DNA from: a virus
Taxonomy: Duplodnaviria > Caudoviricetes
Virus record (IMG/VR): IMGVR_UViG_3300014775_001868
Location: 3,061-67,060 of that record
DNA length: 64,000 bases
Direction: 5' to 3' (one strand)
Part shown: in pieces, positions 57,970-64,000 of the stretch
How positions within the stretch are numbered: the stretch's first letter is position 1
How the letters are laid out: each line of letters opens with the position of its first letter
Program-made: the position numbers and the translations under genes
The notes under the pieces: generated by a model
What the model was told of the DNA's origin: nothing
What the model saw: only the letters and a program-made list of their open reading frames with translations
The model's database searches: none

Positions 57970-58031
57970 TTTTTAATTAGTTAAATTTAATTTAATATAA
58001 AAACAAAAGAAATAAATTCTTTTTTTTTGAT

Positions 58032-59594
58032 TTAATTACGATCAAAGAATTGTTCTCTATTAGTAACTTCTACTGAGGGACCTTTAATAGAAGGAAATAA
58101 AAGATTTTTATAAGATTCAGATAATAATCTATAATTAATATGTCCGCCTGGTCTTGAACGTAATTTATAAAAATAATTCATAGTTTTAAAATTGAAACCC
58201 ATTTCAGTATAAGTTTCATAACCATGAGGTAACAAATGTTTTATCCATTCAATTACAGTTAAATTTTGTAATTCTTCTTTTCTTATATCTAAATAATTAA
58301 GAATATTATAATGTAATTCTTTTATTCTTTTTAATAAAGAAATAGCTTGATCTTGTAATTCAAAATCTTTATAATATAAAGCTTGAATAAAATTATATTT
58401 TATATCTAAGAAATAATAATCTTCTAATAAAGGACTAAATCTAGAGATAGATCTATGTCTATTAAAATCTTTTAAAGAACCTATATCTAATTTACTACAA
58501 ATAGTATATTGAGAAAAATCAGCTATATTATTTATTTCATTATGATGATTACAATTATTATTTATAATACTTTCAATAAGAGATAAAGATATATCTTTTA
58601 AAGGCCAAGTTTCAAAAGAATAATCTAATAAAAGAGAAAGATATCTATCTAATAAATTTTTATTAATAGTTTTATATAATTTACTACTATTTTTATATTC
58701 AGATCCAACATATTCAAATTCATCAAAGTTAGGATTTTGCATTAATAAAAATTCTCTAACTTGAATAAAGGTATCCCTAATATGATATTTAGGATCACTA
58801 TGTCTAATAAGAGTAGGAGCTTCAGGTATATAACCTAATTCATTTAATTCTTCACAGCCCGCTAATAATTTTAATAATATTAATCCTATTCTTCTATTTA
58901 TATATTCATTAGAACCTCTTAATTCAGATATAACTCTACTCCATAAGCGAGCATTAGTATTTATTAAACCATTAGTGGTACAACCTATAGGTAAAAAATG
59001 TCTAGCACAATCTAATGCTCTTTTAGCTAAACCTGTTTTTTCTTTTTTTGTTTCAGGTTGAAACATTATATTTAATCTATTAGTATAAATATCAATAGAT
59101 TTTTTATATAAATCCATCCAAGAATTAAGAATATTTACATATTCTTCTTGTAATTTAGAATTTAAATTTAAAACTTTAGGTTCTACATAATTCCAATCAT
59201 CAAAAGTAATATATCTAGAACTATTTTCTTGACCCGCTAATACTGGAATTTGATAAAATAATTTCATCATATTTATCATAGGAATATTTTCAAAGAATAC
59301 AAATATTCCTGAAGCCATATCTCCCACTGAAGCATGTCCATATCCATGAAATATAGCTTCCATTTTTTTATTAGCATCTATATTTTTTTGATAAATAGAA
59401 TCTACTATTTGTTCTAAAGGTTTATTATCTCTAGATAATCGGGCTCCAATATAAGCTAATTGAGCTGATCTACTTTGATTTTGTATTGTTAAAATACAAT
59501 TAATTTTAATTCCTGTTTTTTTATCAGTTATAGAAGCAATTCCATATTCAGGATCATATGAAAAATTTAAGAGAGAATCTTTAATATCTAACAT
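58032..59594 (-). CDS. thyX: flavin-dependent thymidylate synthase, tandem two-domain type
   Basis: GHASVGD, QENSSRY and ARHFLP...TNAR in the N-half; FNRHRS, HLLP and LRSRPGGH in the C-half. Confidence 0.88.
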   Translation of the reverse strand: MLDIKDSLLNFSYDPEYGIASITDKKTGIKINCILTIQNQSRSAQLAYIGARLSRDNKPLEQIVDSIYQKNIDANKKMEAIFHGYGHASVGDMASGIFVFFENIPMINMMKLFYQIPVLAGQENSSRYITFDDWNYVEPKVLNLNSKLQEEYVNILNSWMDLYKKSIDIYTNRLNIMFQPETKKEKTGLAKRALDCARHFLPIGCTTNGLINTNARLWSRVISELRGSNEYINRRIGLILLKLLAGCEELNELGYIPEAPTLIRHSDPKYHIRDTFIQVREFLLMQNPNFDEFEYVGSEYKNSSKLYKTINKNLLDRYLSLLLDYSFETWPLKDISLSLIESIINNNCNHHNEINNIADFSQYTICSKLDIGSLKDFNRHRSISRFSPLLEDYYFLDIKYNFIQALYYKDFELQDQAISLLKRIKELHYNILNYLDIRKEELQNLTVIEWIKHLLPHGYETYTEMGFNFKTMNYFYKLRSRPGGHINYRLLSESYKNLLFPSIKGPSVEVTNREQFFDRN

Positions 59595-59615
59595 AATTAA
59601 ATCGATTTTTAATAT

Positions 59616-59661
59616 AAAAAAAAATCCAACTTTTTATTTAAATTATAAAAGTTGGATTTTT
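59616..59661. terminator. terminator closing the ubiquitin-like cassette
   Basis: Perfect 15-bp stem AAAAATCCAACTTTT/AAAAGTTGGATTTTT; the A run at 59616-24 gives a U tail on the - strand. Confidence 0.75.
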
Positions 59662-59681
59662 AATATTATTGATAATTAAAC

Positions 59682-60428
59682 TTATATAATAGTAGGTATT
59701 TCTTTAATTTTAATTAAAGTTCCTGTAGGAGTTCTTTTTCCTATTAAATTAAATCCTACATAATTCATAAAGGATTTATCTAAAAGTACTTGAGTAACTT
59801 GAGCTAAAGTAGCACTAGCAGCCATCATATTTGTAGCTAATAATTGGGGTGCATTAACACTATTATAACTACAACTACCAGGATTTAAAGATGGATTAGC
59901 ATTTACTAATTGTGGATATAATTTTAAAGGAGATGGTGTAATTTCTTGATTTTTATCTTTTAACCAACTAATAACTTGACCATCTAATTCAGCATTACCT
60001 GGACTCATAAATAATACCCATTTATTTTGAGATTCTATTGCTTCAATAATTTCTTTTCTAGCATGATCATTATCTACAGCCGCTATACATAAAGTCTTAC
60101 TTCTACGTCCACTTCTTGTATTTAATAACATATAATAATCATTTTTCTTTATATAATTATTGATCGTATTGATAGAAAAATTCTTTTTAATAATTTCTTT
60201 TTCAAATTGTTCAATAATTTTATCTTTTATATATTCAACTTTATATTTAGAAACACCCTCATTTTCAAAACCTCTTTCTATATTTTTATCTTCAATAATA
60301 TCCCCATCAATCAAATTGATTTCTAAATTATTAGGAATAGATTCATTATATAAAAATAATCTAATTAAATTAGTAATTAGATTTGATCCCGTTCCACCTA
60401 AACCAATAATATCTACATGTGTGAACAT
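59682..60428 (-). CDS. ThiF/E1-like activating enzyme (PRTRC ThiF-like)
   Basis: IIGLGGTGS, IDGDIIEDKNIER, AVDNDHAR, PGN..DGQV, candidate catalytic Cys in GSCS, QLLATNMMAA. Confidence 0.9.
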   Translation of the reverse strand: MFTHVDIIGLGGTGSNLITNLIRLFLYNESIPNNLEINLIDGDIIEDKNIERGFENEGVSKYKVEYIKDKIIEQFEKEIIKKNFSINTINNYIKKNDYYMLLNTRSGRRSKTLCIAAVDNDHARKEIIEAIESQNKWVLFMSPGNAELDGQVISWLKDKNQEITPSPLKLYPQLVNANPSLNPGSCSYNSVNAPQLLATNMMAASATLAQVTQVLLDKSFMNYVGFNLIGKRTPTGTLIKIKEIPTII

Positions 60429-61255
60429 TATACTAACTCCTTAAAAAAATCTGAATTATAATAATAATTTAAATTGTGTGGTAAATATATATTTAAAAAA
60501 TCATTTGTATTAAAATTATTTTTTCCATTTACTTTAGTTATAAAATTATATACAAAATTTTTATTAAAACTATAATGTAAATTATTTACATAATTGGGTA
60601 TATCAATACTTATATTTAAAGTTTTTTTATAAAAATCTATTATTTCGTTTAAATGATATAAATTTGTATTTAATACATCAAAAGGTTTTGATCGATCAAA
60701 AAAAAGATATTGATAAAAATCATATATTCTACAATCTTTATAATCAGTATTAAACGGACTATTTAAAATTTTGTTATATATAAATAAATGATTATTAGGA
60801 TCATTAATATAACCTAAACAAAAAGAACCACTATAATCAGTATTAGGTATATTATTTAATAATAAAATTTTATTAGTTTTAGGATCTTCAATAAAGATTT
60901 TAATTTTAGTATTTGTAATATATAACCAATGTTTTGGTAATTTTAAATTAAATTTTAATAAATAATTTTCATCTACTAAATCAAAATCAAAATTACTAAA
61001 ATAATAATAATAGTAATTGCCTCCATATTCAAAACCATAAGATTCTAAATCAACTATTTCAGTAATTTCTTCATCATCTTCTACTTCTATATATGCCTCA
61101 TAATCATCTTCATTCTCATTTCTGACTAAAAAAGTCATAGGATAAATAGTAGGTTCAAATTCATAAAAAAAAGAAAAATGACCATCAATGTAAGTCATTT
61201 TTCTTTTAGAACATAAATTAGAAGGTATTAAATTAATTTTTATTAAATCTTCCAT
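60428..61255 (-). CDS. prokaryotic E2-like protein (family D-like)
   Basis: IPNTDYSGSFCLG...NSPFNTD, i.e. the PN...G.hC.G...S.FN.D signature. Confidence 0.7.
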   Translation of the reverse strand: MEDLIKINLIPSNLCSKRKMTYIDGHFSFFYEFEPTIYPMTFLVRNENEDDYEAYIEVEDDEEITEIVDLESYGFEYGGNYYYYYFSNFDFDLVDENYLLKFNLKLPKHWLYITNTKIKIFIEDPKTNKILLLNNIPNTDYSGSFCLGYINDPNNHLFIYNKILNSPFNTDYKDCRIYDFYQYLFFDRSKPFDVLNTNLYHLNEIIDFYKKTLNISIDIPNYVNNLHYSFNKNFVYNFITKVNGKNNFNTNDFLNIYLPHNLNYYYNSDFFKELV

Positions 61256-61260
61256 TTAAT

Positions 61261-62292
61261 TTATAAAAAATAAAAAGGGTCTCTATAATCTTTATTAATT
61301 TTTCCATTTAATCTTTCTTTTAAATTTTCTTTAAATAAATTAACTATTTTATTTTCATCTAATAAATTTGTATCTATATTTAAATCTTCACAAAAAATAA
61401 TCAAATCTGAAATTGTATCTTGAATATATTTTTCAAGTTGAATATTTTTATCTGTTTTTTGATTAACGTTTGGTTTAAAAGAACTAAAGAAAAAGTCTTC
61501 TGAAGGTTCATCAGAATCGCCGGAATATACAAGAGTATTAAATTCATCAAAATAAAAGTCATCATAAAATTCATCTGAATAAAAAGAAGTGTGATGACTT
61601 GTATAATTATTTTTAAATTTAATTTTTTGAGGTAATCTATTTATAAATCTAGATACTTGTTTAATACAATTAGGATGAAAAGAGGTATCACTTTCAGTAT
61701 CCAAATCTATTAATTCAGAAGCTTCTACATAATTTCTTTCTTTATCCCAAACAATAGAACCTGTAATAACATAAGTTCTTTTTTTTAGATTAATATTACT
61801 AACTAAGATATGTACTCCTTCTTTATTTAATTCTTCTTTATCATCAGTACCTGAAAAATTACTAAGAGTTAATTTTCCATGACTATGACTACTACCAAAG
61901 TTTATCCAATTTTGAAGCTCTAAATCTTTTTCTGGATTAAAAGTTTCTCCTGTCAATATATCAATTTGATTTGTTTGATCTTGATGAGTAACAGAACCAG
62001 TAGTTACTTGTTGTTTAGGTACACCTACTTTCCATTCATTAGTATTTTTTTCTTTATAAAATTCAACTCTCACTTCGCTATCAAATTCTTTAGCAAAATG
62101 AAAATATAAATCAACAATAGCTGACCATAAATCAGCTGGAATTTTTTTTCTATTATCTAAGAATTTAATATCTCTTAAATTTTTTTTAGGAACTTGAGGA
62201 TTTAAATTAACAGTTTTTTTAAATACTTGACATAAATCTCCTATATTTTTAATAGCTACAAAAGTGGTATCAGTAGTAAAAACATTATTCAT
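61261..62292 (-). CDS. JAB/MPN metalloprotease (Prok-JAB, PRTRC protein A-like)
   Basis: KIPADLW, SEV (catalytic Glu), VPKQQVT..SV, GSSHSH...FSGTDD. Confidence 0.88.
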   Translation of the reverse strand: MNNVFTTDTTFVAIKNIGDLCQVFKKTVNLNPQVPKKNLRDIKFLDNRKKIPADLWSAIVDLYFHFAKEFDSEVRVEFYKEKNTNEWKVGVPKQQVTTGSVTHQDQTNQIDILTGETFNPEKDLELQNWINFGSSHSHGKLTLSNFSGTDDKEELNKEGVHILVSNINLKKRTYVITGSIVWDKERNYVEASELIDLDTESDTSFHPNCIKQVSRFINRLPQKIKFKNNYTSHHTSFYSDEFYDDFYFDEFNTLVYSGDSDEPSEDFFFSSFKPNVNQKTDKNIQLEKYIQDTISDLIIFCEDLNIDTNLLDENKIVNLFKENLKERLNGKINKDYRDPFYFL

Positions 62293-63514
62293 TATCAGGT
62301 AACCTCTCTAATTTAAAATAAAATTCATCTTCTTCTTTAAAAACGTTAATAGGTATTCTTTTATTTTTTTCTATATCTTTAAAATAAAAATCATTTTCAT
62401 CGATATGAATATAAGAATTATATTCTTTAGAAACACCTACAATATTTTTATCTAATATTTTTCCTTTAGTAATATTTGAATAATCATCATTTAACCAATT
62501 AATTATTTCTGTTTTTATTATTTCACAAAGTTCTTCATGTTCAGAAAAAGAGGCTTTACTATTATAAATAGTTCTAAAATCATCTCCATAGCTTTTTTTT
62601 ATACTAACATCTGCATTTACATTCCCACTTAAATCATCATTAAAAAAGCTTTCCCAGAAATAATTATAAATAAGATGTCCGCTAAAACTAGAATAATTAC
62701 CTAAACATATAGCACCATTTTTATAACAATTAGGAGTAGGTATATAAAAATTATTATAATTTTTATCAAAAGCTAAAATACTATACTTACTATTAATTAA
62801 ATTTTCTATAAATATATGTTGTTCTAAATGAATATCTTTTTTTCTAGTATTAGAATCATGACCTTTTGGACATTGACGATCATAAAAAATAGGAACACCT
62901 GAACAGAAATTTCTTTTATATGAAGCTCTTTTATATTCTTTAATAGTTTCTCTATATAATCTTTTTAATTGAGTAATATCATAAGATAATTGAGTTAAAT
63001 AATTTCTTATAAAATTTAATTTAGTTTTATCATTATCTTTTGCTTTTACATCTATAAGAATTAAATTTTTAATAATAGAAGCTTCTGATAATTTTTTTAT
63101 TATAGATTCTAAATAAATTTCAATTTTTTCTTTAGAGATATTTCGTTTTTGTTCTATCGCTGCTTTAGAAAAAATAGGAAGCGGCTTTAAAAGATTATAT
63201 AAATGAGATATTAATAATGAAGAGACTTGTATATCTAATGATTCAAATTCTTTTTGTAAATCATAAATATTTAATTTTATACAAGGGATTTTAGTTTCTT
63301 TATGATAAAAATAATTAAATTTAGATAAATCTATTTTAAAATTAAAAGGATAATCAAGATTAAGTTCACATTTATTGCAAGGAATTATAGAATCCGAATA
63401 GAATTTAATTTCTTTAGAAAAAGATCCAAATTTATGAATAAAGAATTTATCTTCTATAGCATAAGTATCTATTCTTTCTGTTGGAAATAATTTAAATTTA
63501 CTAATTATAGACAT
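62285..63514 (-). CDS. prokaryotic E2-like protein (family D-like) with long N-terminal extension
   Basis: YIPTPNCYKNGAICLG...FWESFFNDDL in the C-terminal third. Confidence 0.75.
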   Translation of the reverse strand: MSIISKFKLFPTERIDTYAIEDKFFIHKFGSFSKEIKFYSDSIIPCNKCELNLDYPFNFKIDLSKFNYFYHKETKIPCIKLNIYDLQKEFESLDIQVSSLLISHLYNLLKPLPIFSKAAIEQKRNISKEKIEIYLESIIKKLSEASIIKNLILIDVKAKDNDKTKLNFIRNYLTQLSYDITQLKRLYRETIKEYKRASYKRNFCSGVPIFYDRQCPKGHDSNTRKKDIHLEQHIFIENLINSKYSILAFDKNYNNFYIPTPNCYKNGAICLGNYSSFSGHLIYNYFWESFFNDDLSGNVNADVSIKKSYGDDFRTIYNSKASFSEHEELCEIIKTEIINWLNDDYSNITKGKILDKNIVGVSKEYNSYIHIDENDFYFKDIEKNKRIPINVFKEEDEFYFKLERLPDNE

Positions 63515-63537
63515 TTTTATTAACTATAAATTATAAT

Positions 63538-63571
63538 AAAAAAGAGAAATATATATTTTATATTCCTCTTT
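63538..63571 (-). terminator. attenuating terminator/stabilising hairpin between Ubl and E2
   Basis: The - strand reads AAAGAGGAATATA-aaata-TATATTTCTCTTT (13 bp, one G.U pair) followed by more T. Confidence 0.55.
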
Positions 63572-63590
63572 CAAGTTTAAGAATTTAATA

Positions 63591-63884
63591 TTAACCTTTA
63601 TCACCCATATTAGTTAGAATATTATAAGTAACTCCAGCTTCAGCGATAGTATCACCTGGAATAACAATATAATTACCATCTTCATATTTACGATAGGTAG
63701 TAATAGTAGATGCATTAATACCTAAAGTATCTTCATTTTCTTGAAAGAGTTCAGCTACTGTTTGTCCTTCCTCAAAAGGAACTTGAGTTTTACTAACAAT
63801 TTCAAGAAATACCGTATCATTATCATTAAGATCGTTGTCAACAGATTGATTAAGTTGAGAAGCTAATTGATCAAAAATACTCAT
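63591..63884 (-). CDS. ubiquitin-like (beta-grasp) protein, Prok_Ub/PRTRC protein C-like
   Basis: 97 aa; GQTVAELF helix; ends ...YNILTNMGDKG-stop; heads the E2-JAB-E2-E1 cluster. Confidence 0.75.
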   Translation of the reverse strand: MSIFDQLASQLNQSVDNDLNDNDTVFLEIVSKTQVPFEEGQTVAELFQENEDTLGINASTITTYRKYEDGNYIVIPGDTIAEAGVTYNILTNMGDKG

Positions 63885-63931
63885 AATAATTACCTTTGTT
63901 TTTGTTTGTTGTTTATTGTGTAAAAAAAGAC

Positions 63932-63959
63932 AAAAGCTGACTAAATTTAGTCAGCTTTT
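63932..63959. promoter_or_regulatory. 28-bp perfect palindrome upstream of the Ubl gene (terminator or operator)
   Basis: AAAAGCTGACTAAATTTAGTCAGCTTTT is its own reverse complement. Confidence 0.6.
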
Positions 63960-64000
63960 TTTAATGTTAAAAAATAGCATATTATTTTTATTTATTAGTT

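Noticed and set aside
60160-60444. 94-aa + strand ORF
   Set aside because: Antisense shadow of the E1 gene; no independent evidence.
1-64000. Stop-codon reassignment, tRNA or rRNA genes
   Set aside because: Long ORFs tile the window in the standard code, with TAA, TGA and TAG all used as stops; no gap holds a cloverleaf or rRNA.

Overview
This window is part of a large, extremely AT-rich (roughly 20-25% GC by eye) tailed dsDNA phage genome, densely coding in the standard genetic code. From 1 to about 29.8 kb the + strand carries a morphogenesis block of a contractile-tailed phage: gp25-like, baseplate-J-like and gp8-like wedge proteins, two tandem DUF4815-like proteins, large virion proteins, terminase large subunit, and a 2877-aa tape-measure-like protein with an N-terminal SNase fold. 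From about 29.8 to 64 kb the - strand carries replication, recombination and nucleotide-metabolism genes: Cas4/RecB-like exonuclease, RuvC-like resolvase, DnaG primase, Pif1-like and UvsW-like helicases, probable SSB, clamp loader, UDG-like protein, beta-clamp-like protein, a family A polymerase split into two genes, PhoH, RecA, NrdAB and ThyX. A + strand tail-fibre island interrupts this block. Two features stand out. (1) A terminator-bounded five-gene ubiquitin-like conjugation cassette at 59682-63884: Ubl ending in GDKG, two E2-like proteins with candidate catalytic Cys, a JAB protease and a ThiF/E1. (2) A CAAD/CurT (thylakoid curvature) homolog, which points to a cyanobacterial host. All assignments come from motif recognition by eye; no database searches were run. 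I found no tRNA, rRNA or CRISPR array.
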